61,604 nt of DNA from SAR86 cluster bacterium (GTDB taxonomy: Bacteria; Pseudomonadota; Gammaproteobacteria; Magnimaribacterales; D2472), in contig JADHNM010000001.1 of the NCBI GenBank assembly GCA_016779505.1, positions 1 through 61,604 of the forward strand, read 5' to 3'. A program made the position numbers and the translations under genes. The notes under the pieces are model-generated. The model was not told where the DNA came from. It did not search any database and was given only the letters and a program-made list of their open reading frames with translations. This document shows, piece after piece, positions 1 through 9,030 of this stretch (its first letter is position 1; every line of letters starts with the position of its first letter).

Positions 1-1070
1 TCTGTTCTTTTTAAATAACTAAAAACGACCTCTCTAGTTGGTTTATTAATTCCATATTCAAATAATCTTAAAATAATAGTAATAACGAATACATAGCCTA
101 TTGAAGGGTTAAGATAATAACCAATAAATGCTCCCATAAATATGAACCCGTAGAACATTAAAATATTTTTGGGGCCAGCAAATCTAATAATTGTAGAAGT
201 TAAGAAAAATTGGGTGAACAGAGTAAGGATTGTGACTGTTTGCTCAATCTTACTAAAGAATATAATTCTATCGCCCCCGTCTGAAGACCATGCATTCACA
301 ATATCAATTGATGTAACCCAATGTATCGTCATCATTGCGGTCCATAAATACATATATAGCCCTATAGATCTTATTTGAGAAGAGGAAATAAGATTTTTTA
401 GAGCATCAAAACTGGTTCCACCTGCAGCCTTATCTATATCCTCTGAAGTTACAAATCTATTGAGCAAGATAAGGCCTGTTGCGAGTGCAAGCATTAAGAA
501 AATAATTGAAATTGATGTAAAAAAAATAATGCCTGATTCATTAAATGTTGAAGCCAATTGTTTTGAAATCTCGGAACCCAGAAATGCTCCCAATGATCCA
601 CCAGCAGCAATCACACCAAAAACATTTGTAGCACTATCTCCACGAAAAAGATTAATAATTACTACCCAAAAAATAGAGACAACAAAAAAAGAATAAACGT
701 TACACCAAATATAAAAAATCTGACTGAGCCATATTGCTGAGGAAAGGTTAAAAAATTCCCATAAAATAATGAATATCAATAAATTAATTATAAAAAATGA
801 GTAGCAGCCAATTAAAACTCCTCTTAAATTTCTTCGTGAAGCAAGCCATGAGTAAATGGGATTCAATAGGAGCATAACAAAAGCTCCTGCGCCTAAAAGA
901 TATGGCAGAATATCTGAGTTCTGAACAGCCATCTCATTTCTAACTGGTCGTAAAATGTACCAAGAGCACAAAACCAAAAAAAAGAAAAAACCAGCAAGCC
1001 CAGATTCTTTAGTAAATGATAGTGAAAGCCTCTTTAGAGAGCTTTTAATTGCACTAATTGAAAAAGACAT
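1..1070 (-). CDS. Multi-pass membrane transporter, ATP:ADP-antiporter-like (TLC/Npt1) branch of MFS; C-terminus cut by the window edge
   Basis: Missing from the supplied ORF track because it runs off the left edge. Hand translation of the minus strand from the ATG at 1070-1068 gives MSFSISAIKSSLKRLSLSFTKESGLAGFFFFLVLCSWYILRPVRNEMAVQ...LRLFEYGINKPTREVVFSYLKRT. It is open for 356 codons down to base 1 and has many hydrophobic helices. The YILRPVRxE and KPTREV motifs recall TLC/Npt1-like MFS proteins. The family call is from memory only. Confidence 0.55.
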   Translation of the reverse strand, partial: MSFSISAIKSSLKRLSLSFTKESGLAGFFFFLVLCSWYILRPVRNEMAVQNSDILPYLLGAGAFVMLLLNPIYSWLASRRNLRGVLIGCYSFFIINLLIFIILWEFFNLSSAIWLSQIFYIWCNVYSFFVVSIFWVVIINLFRGDSATNVFGVIAAGGSLGAFLGSEISKQLASTFNESGIIFFTSISIIFLMLALATGLILLNRFVTSEDIDKAAGGTSFDALKNLISSSQIRSIGLYMYLWTAMMTIHWVTSIDIVNAWSSDGGDRIIFFSKIEQTVTILTLFTQFFLTSTIIRFAGPKNILMFYGFIFMGAFIGYYLNPSIGYVFVITIILRLFEYGINKPTREVVFSYLKRT

Positions 1071-1090
1071 TGGTTAATTGATTGGAAATA

Positions 1091-1166
1091 TGGTGGGTCG
1101 CACAGGATTCGAACCTGTGACCAATTCGTTAAAAGCGAACTGCTCTACCAGCTGAGCTAGCGACCC
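1091..1166 (-). tRNA. tRNA-Lys (anticodon UUU)
   Basis: The reverse complement reads GGGTCGCTAGCTCAGCTGGTAGAGCAGTTCGCTTTTAACGAATTGGTCACAGGTTCGAATCCTGTGCGACCCACCA (76 nt). It has a 7-bp acceptor stem, a D arm, a CT-TTT-AA anticodon loop, a GGTTCGAATCC T arm and an encoded CCA. A tRNA-Lys just downstream of cpoB matches the E. coli/Pseudomonas arrangement. Confidence 0.95.
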
Positions 1167-1194
1167 GAGATAGGATTCCATAAAAAAGATGTGA

Positions 1195-1830
1195 TTATTC
1201 CATATTTTCTAATAACTGCAAGGCTAATGAAGAGGCAACATTCTCAGGAAATGCTTGAATAACAAATTGGTATTTAATTTTTGCAGCCCCAAGATCTCCA
1301 GACATCATTAAAATGTCCCCAATTTTTTTATGAGCCAGTGGAGTTCTCCAATGGTCAGGAAAGTCTGCAGTCATTCTTTGAAAAAACTTTTCACTTTCTT
1401 CAAGGTTAGATTCCAATAATGAAATTTCTCCTAGCCAAAATAGACTCAGTGGAATTTTCTCTTCATCATTAAAATTATTAGCTAAATAATTAAAAGATTG
1501 TTTAGCGGCCTGTAGATTTTTTTCATTTAACTCAAAAATTGCTTCATCATAAACCTCATCAATGCTTCTACTATCATTAATACCTTCAAATCTGAATGAA
1601 CTTTCTTCAGAGTCAATGTCAGCTTCTGGGGGAATATTGTTCTCTTCTAAGCTTAATTCTTCGTTTAATAATTTTTCAATTAAGTATGCTTGCGACTCAA
1701 GTTCGCTCCTTAAGCTGGCAAGCTCTCCCTCAAGCTCTTGTATCTTTAGAAATAAAATATCAGAAGCATCTACTTCTTGTGAGTAAATATTTAGAGGCAC
1801 TAAAAGAAGTGGAATAAAAAAAAATTTCAT
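1195..1830 (-). CDS. cpoB: Cell division coordinator CpoB (YbgF), Tol-Pal associated
   Basis: Signal peptide, N-terminal coiled coil (LKIQELEGELASLRSELESQ) and a TPR-like C-terminal half. It is the last gene after pal, as in the tol-pal operon. Confidence 0.8.
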   Translation of the reverse strand: MKFFFIPLLLVPLNIYSQEVDASDILFLKIQELEGELASLRSELESQAYLIEKLLNEELSLEENNIPPEADIDSEESSFRFEGINDSRSIDEVYDEAIFELNEKNLQAAKQSFNYLANNFNDEEKIPLSLFWLGEISLLESNLEESEKFFQRMTADFPDHWRTPLAHKKIGDILMMSGDLGAAKIKYQFVIQAFPENVASSLALQLLENME

Positions 1831-1839
1831 TCAAAAAAG

Positions 1840-2313
1840 TTACTTAATTTCAACTCTTCTATTTTTTGCCCATGCAGAATTATTAGAGCCAAGAGATAGA
1901 GGCCTTTCCTCTCCGTAACTTTTTGTGATTAATCTATTTCTATTAATTCCATTTGCAATCAAATAATTTGAAACTGACTCAGCTCGTCTTTGACCTAGGG
2001 CTAAGTTATATTCACGAGTCCCTCTTTCATCCGCATGCCCCTCAATTGAAATTGTAATTTTTGCATTTCTTTTCATTAGATCGCTTACACCTTTTAAAGC
2101 TTGTATTGATTTAGCGGTAAGATTGTATTGATCATATTCAAAATAAACTATTGCATTTGCAAGCACTGCCTGAGTGGATGTAGATTTTGATGCAATGGAT
2201 ACTCCAGCAACACTTTGATCTGCTACCGCCTCTTCTGTTATTTGAACAGAGCTACAAGCTGAAAAGATAAATATCGTTAATAAAGCTAAAAAAGAATTAA
2301 TTGATTTGTTCAT
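1840..2313 (-). CDS. pal: Peptidoglycan-associated lipoprotein Pal
   Basis: Lipobox FSAC. OmpA-like C-terminal domain (VYFEYDQYNL, EGHADERGTREYNLALGQRRA, NRRVEI). Lies downstream of tolB. Confidence 0.93.
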   Translation of the reverse strand: MNKSINSFLALLTIFIFSACSSVQITEEAVADQSVAGVSIASKSTSTQAVLANAIVYFEYDQYNLTAKSIQALKGVSDLMKRNAKITISIEGHADERGTREYNLALGQRRAESVSNYLIANGINRNRLITKSYGEERPLSLGSNNSAWAKNRRVEIK

Positions 2314-2337
2314 AATAATTGTTCCATTTTGGTTATG

Positions 2338-3624
2338 TTATCTTAAAAAATTTGACCAGGCAGGCTCTCTAACTTCACCATCTGATGCGGGTAGCTTAAA
2401 CTTTGCACCACTCAGGCTAAACCCAGCAAGCATACTTAGATTTTCTTCTTTAATCCCATAGATTACCATATTACCATTGGGAGCAACACTAGGTGATTCA
2501 TCCATCTTTGCTTCAGTTAAGATCCTTATAAAATTTTCTTTTTTGTATTTTAGAGCGATGTGAAATAAGCCATCGCTGGATCGATGAACAAAGATAATTC
2601 CATCTTCATTTGGGAGATATGAAGCTTTTGCATTATATGTCCCCTCAAATGAAATACGTTTGGCTTTTGGGTTTAGCTTTCTAAGATCTAACTCATAAAT
2701 TTGAGGCGAACCAGAGCGACCGCTTGTGAACAAAATTTTATTGCCTTTGGGTGACCATGACGACTCTGTATCAATTGCAAATTGATTGGTCATCCTGGTT
2801 AAGGTTTGATCTCGCAACCTTAAAATATAAATTTCTGCATTTCCATCTTGATAAAGAGTTAGAGAAAGATACTTTCCATCAGGCGACCATGAGGGAGAAC
2901 TAATTTGAGTATCTTTTTTTAGAACTAGTTTTCTTTTGCGTGTTGCAATTTCTTGAATAAAAACTTGCGCCATTCCATTTTCAAATGAGACGTATGCAGC
3001 CCTTTTTCCATCTGGTGACCATGAAGGAGATATAATAGGCTCAGAGCTTGATAGAAGGACTTTTTCATTAGCTCCATCAGAGTCAGCTATCATTAGTTTG
3101 TAAGTTGAAATTAATTTAGAGTCTTTTGTCTCATTGACATATAAAAGCCTAGTAGCGGCAATACCTTTAATTCCTGTGATTGACTCATAGATTCCATCAC
3201 TAGTGTAATGAGCAAGTTGTCTGATTTGGTTCGGGATACCAAACACTTTCGAACTTCTAACTTTTCTCTTTTTGTGAATATCGAATATTTCGTAATTAAT
3301 ATCTAAAGAATTATTTGCCCTCACAATTGTTCCAGTGACTAAATAATCTATGCCCAGTAATTTCCAATCGTTATATACCAACTCATCATTAATAATCTTT
3401 ACAGGTAATAATAATTCTTCATCAAGAATTGAAAATTCTCCAGTGCGGATTAAGTCATTTCGCATTATGTTATTTAGTTGCTTTGCAATCCCTGTGTTTC
3501 CCTCAAATGGAATCATTGCTACTTTATATGGATCTTCAGAACCCTTGGTAATTTCTAAAAAAAGCTCTCCATAGATAAAAATTGGGAATAATAATAAGGT
3601 TACTAACAGAAGATTTTTTTTCAT
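2338..3624 (-). CDS. tolB: Tol-Pal system beta-propeller protein TolB
   Basis: 428 aa with a signal peptide. Repeated SPSWSPDGK propeller motifs. Sits between tolA and pal. Confidence 0.95.
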   Translation of the reverse strand: MKKNLLLVTLLLFPIFIYGELFLEITKGSEDPYKVAMIPFEGNTGIAKQLNNIMRNDLIRTGEFSILDEELLLPVKIINDELVYNDWKLLGIDYLVTGTIVRANNSLDINYEIFDIHKKRKVRSSKVFGIPNQIRQLAHYTSDGIYESITGIKGIAATRLLYVNETKDSKLISTYKLMIADSDGANEKVLLSSSEPIISPSWSPDGKRAAYVSFENGMAQVFIQEIATRKRKLVLKKDTQISSPSWSPDGKYLSLTLYQDGNAEIYILRLRDQTLTRMTNQFAIDTESSWSPKGNKILFTSGRSGSPQIYELDLRKLNPKAKRISFEGTYNAKASYLPNEDGIIFVHRSSDGLFHIALKYKKENFIRILTEAKMDESPSVAPNGNMVIYGIKEENLSMLAGFSLSGAKFKLPASDGEVREPAWSNFLR

Positions 3625-4256
3625 GATGGGTTAAAACTTATGGCAATTACTTTGAACTCCTTGTCATATAACATTTTTGGAATTGAATCAAAAAAATAAA
3701 ACGTCTCTACTCTCCTTACAGCTTGAAGGGCTGAGTTATCAAATCGAATATTGCCACTACTCTTAATAAGCTCTGCACTTGTAATCCTTCCTGAAGAACG
3801 AATTTTAAGCCTTAGATTTGCAACTAAACCTTCAGGTATGTTTCTTGGCTTCATCCAAGCATTCTCTATCGTAGAAATAATTTTTTGAGCATACATTGAG
3901 ATTTCTTGTTGCTCATTGTTTATCTCAATCTCGCTCTCCTCTGATAAAAGGTTGGCTATAGTTGATTCCATTAGTACATTATTTTGTGGGGTTTTGATTT
4001 CATCTTCAGCTTTTGAGTAAACAATATCCTCAGAAACTTGCTTGCTAGGGGTTGTATTAATATTTGGTAAAATTGGAATTTGTTTTTTTAAACCCTTGGA
4101 TGGTAATTCAAACTTCAATTCCACTTGAAGAGGCTTTGATATTAAAAGTGTCTTAGAGGTATTTGCATCAAAGGTGCCATATATATACATAAAGATGGCG
4201 GCATGAATGCAAAAAGAAAATAGCGATGCTTGCAAATATCTGTAATTAGCTATCAT
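3621..4256 (-). CDS. tolA: TolA (short form, 211 aa)
   Basis: N-terminal TM helix, a charged linker and a TonB/TolA-like C-terminal domain. Sits between tolR and tolB. About half the E. coli length. Confidence 0.7.
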   Translation of the reverse strand: MIANYRYLQASLFSFCIHAAIFMYIYGTFDANTSKTLLISKPLQVELKFELPSKGLKKQIPILPNINTTPSKQVSEDIVYSKAEDEIKTPQNNVLMESTIANLLSEESEIEINNEQQEISMYAQKIISTIENAWMKPRNIPEGLVANLRLKIRSSGRITSAELIKSSGNIRFDNSALQAVRRVETFYFFDSIPKMLYDKEFKVIAISFNPS

Positions 4257-4668
4257 ATCCAGAGGTAATTATTCCTACTTTTTGAATTCCTAGGCTTTGG
4301 ATACTTGCCATACCCTTGGCCACATAATCAAAAGGAACTTTTGCGTCACTTTTAAAAACGATTTCAATATCCGGGTTTGCTTGATAAATAATCTTAGCCT
4401 TATTCTTTAATTCCACTAAAGAGATAGGTAATTGCTCTTCACCTAGGTTAATAAAATACTTTCCTTCTCCATTTATCGAGATTACAAGTGGCTCACTTGA
4501 AACTGACATTTTGGTTGTATCAGTCTTGGGAAGATTGACCTCTATGCCTTGAATAAGCAAAGGAGAAAGCACCATAAAAATAATTAAAAGCACCAACATC
4601 ACATCAATATATGGCACAACATTAATGTCAGCGTTTAATTTTTTTCTTTTACCTATTCTATATATCAA
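4246..4668 (-). CDS. tolR: TolR (ExbD/TolR family)
   Basis: The N-terminal motif INVVPYIDVMLVLLIIFMV is typical of ExbD/TolR. Follows tolQ. Confidence 0.9.
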   Translation of the reverse strand: MIYRIGKRKKLNADINVVPYIDVMLVLLIIFMVLSPLLIQGIEVNLPKTDTTKMSVSSEPLVISINGEGKYFINLGEEQLPISLVELKNKAKIIYQANPDIEIVFKSDAKVPFDYVAKGMASIQSLGIQKVGIITSGYDS

Positions 4669-5357
4669 AGCTTTGCTTTAACCGTTTGTCTATATAGGAT
4701 GCTAGCTAGCTCCTCACCAAATACAGAAGATTGTTGTAATTGGGTATCTGAATCTGATGCAAATCTGTTGTATGCAACCACTGCAGGAATTGCGGCAAAA
4801 AGTCCCAAAGCTGTTGCAACAAGTGCTTCTGAGATTCCAGGAGCTACAGCATTAATTGTTGCCTGAGTTGCATCTGAGAGGCCTTGAAAGGAATTAATAA
4901 TTCCCCACACTGTTCCAAATAAGCCTACGTATGGGCTGACCGATCCAACGTTAGCCAAAAAAGGAAGATGATGCATTAAAGATTCCTCTTCCCTAGCCAA
5001 GGATACTCTTATAGCCCTATTAACACTCTCCAGATCTTCAGTTGTAATTTTCTGACCTTCACTAAGTCTAAGAAACTCACCAAATCCATGCTTAAAAACT
5101 CTTAAAGAACCAACCAACTCATCACTAGAGACTTCATCAATACCTTCATATAATTCATTAAGATCCTTGCCAGACCAAAATTCTTTTTCGAATGCTTTGT
5201 TAGCTTCTTTGATTCGATTTAAATTAAAGTATCTTTCAAAAATAACTATCCATGAAATAATTGAAACGACTAACAATAAGATCATTACCAATTGAACAAT
5301 CAGACTGGCTTGGAGAAATAAGTCTATAACTGAAAAATCATCCATATTAACTCTCAA
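4665..5357 (-). CDS. tolQ: TolQ (MotA/TolQ/ExbB proton channel)
   Basis: Three TM segments and the conserved PYVGLFGTVWGI...GISEALVATALGL motifs. Confidence 0.93.
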   Translation of the reverse strand: MRVNMDDFSVIDLFLQASLIVQLVMILLLVVSIISWIVIFERYFNLNRIKEANKAFEKEFWSGKDLNELYEGIDEVSSDELVGSLRVFKHGFGEFLRLSEGQKITTEDLESVNRAIRVSLAREEESLMHHLPFLANVGSVSPYVGLFGTVWGIINSFQGLSDATQATINAVAPGISEALVATALGLFAAIPAVVAYNRFASDSDTQLQQSSVFGEELASILYRQTVKAKL

Positions 5358-5772
5358 ATAAATTTAGTAAGCCTAAAGGGAAAGCTTTTGGTTTGCCTGA
5401 GTCATTATCAATGAAACAAACCTCAACCTCTCCTTTGCAAATGAGTGTATCATTTTTTATGTTTGAAACAGATTGAAAAAATATAGTTCTGGCTTTGCTA
5501 ACAAGCTCTATTTCTGTGCTTACAGCTAAATCATCCTCTAATATTGCAGGATGGTAATATGACAAATTAATTGATTTTACAACATAAGATTCATTGCTTT
5601 TCGTCATTGCTTCCGTTTGTGATAAATGATTTTCAATCAAGAATTGAGATCGAGCTCTTTCAAGGTACTTGAGATAATTTGCATGATAAACAACTCCCTG
5701 AAAATCGGTATCTTCAACGTAGACCCTACAATGGAAATCTTTAGACCTGAAACGAGGATTCATGTTGCTCAA
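5347..5772 (-). CDS. ybgC: Tol-Pal associated acyl-CoA thioesterase YbgC (hotdog fold)
   Basis: RVYVEDTDFQGVVYHANYLKYLERAR is the 4HBT/YbgC signature. Lies directly upstream of tolQ. The true start may be the internal MNPRF. Confidence 0.88.
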   Translation of the reverse strand: MSNMNPRFRSKDFHCRVYVEDTDFQGVVYHANYLKYLERARSQFLIENHLSQTEAMTKSNESYVVKSINLSYYHPAILEDDLAVSTEIELVSKARTIFFQSVSNIKNDTLICKGEVEVCFIDNDSGKPKAFPLGLLNLFES

Positions 5773-6163
5773 TATCTACCTGAAAAAGGTATCGAAGAAT
5801 TTCTACAAAATCCTCCCACATCAAATCAATTGTCATTGATGAAAAATCTAACTCTGGAATCAAAGTCCCTGCCAGTATTCTCACTTTAATTGGTCGACGA
5901 TTAAATTTATAGATTAAAGCTGGAAACTCTCCCTCTCCTGTTGCTGCCAAAACTTGATCCCACCAATCTTGAGATGGTTCGGCGCCATCGCCATATCTTT
6001 TGCATTCTAAACACCATCTGCCTAATTTCAGATCAGGCAATTCTTTTGTTCGTGTTTGCTCAAGAATTCTTTTGACAGGCTGGGTTAAACCTAGCTGTTC
6101 AACAAGAAGATTACCAATTTCCCTCTCGAAATTAGCTCCTTTAGTCCTTGAGTTAATCGCCAC
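5741..6163 (-). CDS. Small PD-(D/E)xK nuclease, Hjc/VRR-NUC-like, resembling phage-type Holliday-junction resolvases
   Basis: 140 aa. Contains K8-G-x-x-F-E13-R-E15, then P43-D44-L, then E53-C-K55. This is the classic E...PD...ExK restriction-endonuclease-fold signature. It occupies the position where ruvC normally follows yebC. Confidence 0.6.
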   Translation of the reverse strand: MAINSRTKGANFEREIGNLLVEQLGLTQPVKRILEQTRTKELPDLKLGRWCLECKRYGDGAEPSQDWWDQVLAATGEGEFPALIYKFNRRPIKVRILAGTLIPELDFSSMTIDLMWEDFVEILRYLFQVDIEQHESSFQV

Positions 6164-6165
6164 GG

Positions 6166-6903
6166 TTACTCCTCTTCACTAAAGTCCTCAGGAAACTCTG
6201 CATTTGTGTGCACTTCCTGAACATCGTCAAGATCATCCATAAAAGTCATAATTTTTAAAACTTTTTCAGAAGCTTCTTGATCTAGGGCAACTAAAGTATC
6301 TGCTCTCATCGTATTTTCAGCCAGCAATGTTTCAATATTATTTTTCTTGAAAGCCTCAATAACAGCAGAGAGATTTGCTGGAGTAGAAATGATTTCAAAA
6401 TAATCTTCAGTGACGGTAAAATCATCTGCGCCAGCATCTAATGCAATTTCCATAATTTGATCTTCGTTGTGCGATAGATCAACTTGAACCACTCCCAATT
6501 TATTAAAGAGGTAGGCAACTGAGCCATCTGTTCCCATGTTTCCTCCAAATTTTGAAAAAGCATGGCGCACATCAGCTACAGTTCTATTTCTATTATCTGT
6601 CATCGTCTCAACAAGAATGGCAACGCCATTTGGTCCATAGCCCTCAAAAGTTAGCTCCTCAATGATACCCATTTCGCCAGTTCCAGAACCTTTTTGAATT
6701 GCCCGCTTAATTGTATCTTTAGGCATATTTGCAGCGTTAGCTTTGTCCAAGGCTAGCCTCAGCCTTGGATTATCATCAGGATCAGGACCCCCTTTAGCAG
6801 CAACTGTAATTTCTCTAATTACCTTGGTCCAAACCTTTCCTCGAGATGCATCCTGCCTTGCTTTTCGATGCTTAATATTTGCCCATTTGGAATGCCCAGC
6901 CAT
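6166..6903 (-). CDS. yebC: YebC/PmpR family DNA-binding transcriptional regulator
   Basis: Starts MAGHSKWANIKHRKARQDASRGK and is collinear with YebC over its full length. Confidence 0.96.
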   Translation of the reverse strand: MAGHSKWANIKHRKARQDASRGKVWTKVIREITVAAKGGPDPDDNPRLRLALDKANAANMPKDTIKRAIQKGSGTGEMGIIEELTFEGYGPNGVAILVETMTDNRNRTVADVRHAFSKFGGNMGTDGSVAYLFNKLGVVQVDLSHNEDQIMEIALDAGADDFTVTEDYFEIISTPANLSAVIEAFKKNNIETLLAENTMRADTLVALDQEASEKVLKIMTFMDDLDDVQEVHTNAEFPEDFSEEE

Positions 6904-8670
6904 CTATTGCTCCGGATCAAAAGTAGATTTGATGTTCAACTCATCTAGTTGATCATTGGAAACTAAACCAGGCGCCTCAGTAAGCAAACAAGATGCGCTT
7001 TGAGTCTTAGGAAAAGCAATGACATCACGAATATTAGTCGTATCAGATAACAGCATCACAATTCTATCTAAACCAAATGCGATGCCACCATGTGGAGGGC
7101 ATCCTGATGACAGTGCTGACAGCAAGAAACCGAATTTTTCTTTAGCTTCATCAGGAGAAATTCCTAGTATAGAAAATATCTCTTTTTGCATTGATGGCTC
7201 ATAGACCCTCAAAGATCCTCCACCAAGCTCATAGCCATTTAAAACAAAGTCATATGCGCATGCCAATGAATTATCTGGATCAGCCTTTAGCTCTTCAACT
7301 GATACTGCGGGTAAGGTAAATGGATGATGCAAAGACGTAAGATTGTTTTCTTTGTTTCTTTCAAACATCGGAAAATCAATAATCCAGCATGGGGCCCACG
7401 AAGATGTCTTCAAACTTAAATCTTCACCAAGTTTTTTAATTAGCGAGCTCATAGAAAGATTTACAATATCTGACTTTCCAGCACCAAAAAAGATAATGTC
7501 ATTATTTTTTATATCTAAAGAAGAAATGATGGAGTCGATAGTTTCTTTTTGAAAAAATTTAAGAATTGGTGATTGAAGGCCATTTTCTTGATCAAGGTCT
7601 ATAACTTTTATATAAGCAAGCCCTTTTGCACCTAACTTGGCAACATAATCAGTATACTCATCAATTTTTTTTCTCGTCATTGATGCGGCCTCAGGAACCT
7701 TAAGAGCTACTACTCGAGAAGCAGGATCATTTGCAGGCCCAGAGAATACCTTAAATTCTTCATTTTTCACTAGCTCAGAAATATCATTCAGTTCTAGCGG
7801 AATTCTTAAATCAGGTTTATCACATCCATATTTCTTAATGGACTCTTTGTATGTAATTCTTGGAACCTCTTTTTTTTGATAGTCGGTGAATTCACAGAGC
7901 AATGCGATAATCAAATCTTCGCCGAGCTCAATGATTTCGTCAGAAGAAACAAATGAGGCTTCGATGTCAACCTGGGTAAATTCAGGCTGTCTGTCTGCGC
8001 GCAAATCCTCATCCCTGAAACATTTAGCTATCTGGTAGTATTTATCCAATCCACCAATCATCAGCAACTGTTTAAACAACTGAGGAGATTGAGGCAACGC
8101 AAAAAACTCACCAGGATGGACCCTACTCGGTACTAAATAATCTCTTGCCCCCTCAGGTGTAGCCCTAGTTAGAATAGGCGTCTCAATTTCATGAAAATCC
8201 CGATTTTCTAATATCGATCTTATTTTTGAAGTTATCTTCGATCTCTTTACCAACCTTTGATTAACATCGGGGCGCCTTAAATCCAAAAATCTATGTTTTA
8301 GTCTTACATCTTCATTAACATCTTGATAATCATCAAGAGGAAACTGAGGGGTAACAGCTGAACTAAAAATATTTAAGCTCCCTGCCTCAATCTCTATCTC
8401 TCCTGTAGCCATTTTTGGATTGATAGCCCCTTCAATTCTCTTTCTCACCAGTCCTTTGATATTTACAACATATTCACTTCTGCACGAATCTGCAATATCA
8501 AATATTTCTTTTAAGTCTGGATTAAAAACAACTTGAACTACTCCGTGTAAATCACGAATATCTAAAAAAATTACGCCACCATGATCTCTTCTTTTATGGA
8601 CCCAGCCAGAAATCTCAATATTGCTACCAATGTGTGAAGTATTAATATCTCCGCAATAATGTGAACGCAT
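6904..8670 (-). CDS. aspS: Aspartate--tRNA ligase
   Basis: 588 aa. Starts MRSHYCGD. Class II motifs [16 protein letters not shown] and GGIAFGLDR, plus the bacterial insertion domain. Confidence 0.97.
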   Translation of the reverse strand: MRSHYCGDINTSHIGSNIEISGWVHKRRDHGGVIFLDIRDLHGVVQVVFNPDLKEIFDIADSCRSEYVVNIKGLVRKRIEGAINPKMATGEIEIEAGSLNIFSSAVTPQFPLDDYQDVNEDVRLKHRFLDLRRPDVNQRLVKRSKITSKIRSILENRDFHEIETPILTRATPEGARDYLVPSRVHPGEFFALPQSPQLFKQLLMIGGLDKYYQIAKCFRDEDLRADRQPEFTQVDIEASFVSSDEIIELGEDLIIALLCEFTDYQKKEVPRITYKESIKKYGCDKPDLRIPLELNDISELVKNEEFKVFSGPANDPASRVVALKVPEAASMTRKKIDEYTDYVAKLGAKGLAYIKVIDLDQENGLQSPILKFFQKETIDSIISSLDIKNNDIIFFGAGKSDIVNLSMSSLIKKLGEDLSLKTSSWAPCWIIDFPMFERNKENNLTSLHHPFTLPAVSVEELKADPDNSLACAYDFVLNGYELGGGSLRVYEPSMQKEIFSILGISPDEAKEKFGFLLSALSSGCPPHGGIAFGLDRIVMLLSDTTNIRDVIAFPKTQSASCLLTEAPGLVSNDQLDELNIKSTFDPEQ

Positions 8671-8684
8671 TTTATCTCTCTTGT

Positions 8685-8975
8685 TTAAGTTTTTTTATCT
8701 GAACTTTTGCTTTTAGATTTATCAGTAGTTTTAGTTTTTTCTTTAGGCTGTTTTGATTTTTCATCCTTACTGTCTACTATATTCTTTTTAGAGCCAGTTT
8801 TAAAATCAGTTTCATACCATCCTCCGCCCTTCAACCTAAAAGAAGGCGCAGAAACTAATTTTGTTACTGCTTTTTTATTGCATTCAGGACAAATTTCTAC
8901 AGGATTATCTGAAAATCTCTGAATCAATTCAAATTGATACTCACATTTTGAGCATTTATATTCATAAATCGGCAT
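8685..8975 (-). CDS. FmdB-family zinc-ribbon protein
   Basis: [16 protein letters not shown]...CPECN CxxC pairs with a Lys/Ser-rich tail. Commonly found upstream of aspS. Confidence 0.8.
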   Translation of the reverse strand: MPIYEYKCSKCEYQFELIQRFSDNPVEICPECNKKAVTKLVSAPSFRLKGGGWYETDFKTGSKKNIVDSKDEKSKQPKEKTKTTDKSKSKSSDKKT

Positions 8976-9030
8976 AAGTCTCTAAAAAAAATATAGAATT
9001 ATAAACTAAATGGAAATTCAGATATAAAAA

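Noticed and set aside
169-696. Two plus-strand ORFs from the track (169-378, 460-696)
   Set aside because: Both lie antisense inside a much longer uninterrupted minus-strand reading frame (1-1070) with clear membrane-transporter character. Their products are low-complexity with no recognisable motifs.
1071-1194. tRNA-Lys as an integration site for a genomic island carrying the transporter
   Set aside because: There is no integrase, no direct repeat of the tRNA 3' end within the visible sequence and no obvious compositional break. A tRNA-Lys after cpoB is the ancestral arrangement.
5741-6163. The possibility that this ORF is simply a divergent RuvC
   Set aside because: There is no RNase H-like RuvC signature (no N-terminal ILGIDPG-type motif and no acidic tetrad spacing). 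The E...PD...ExK pattern points to a different fold.
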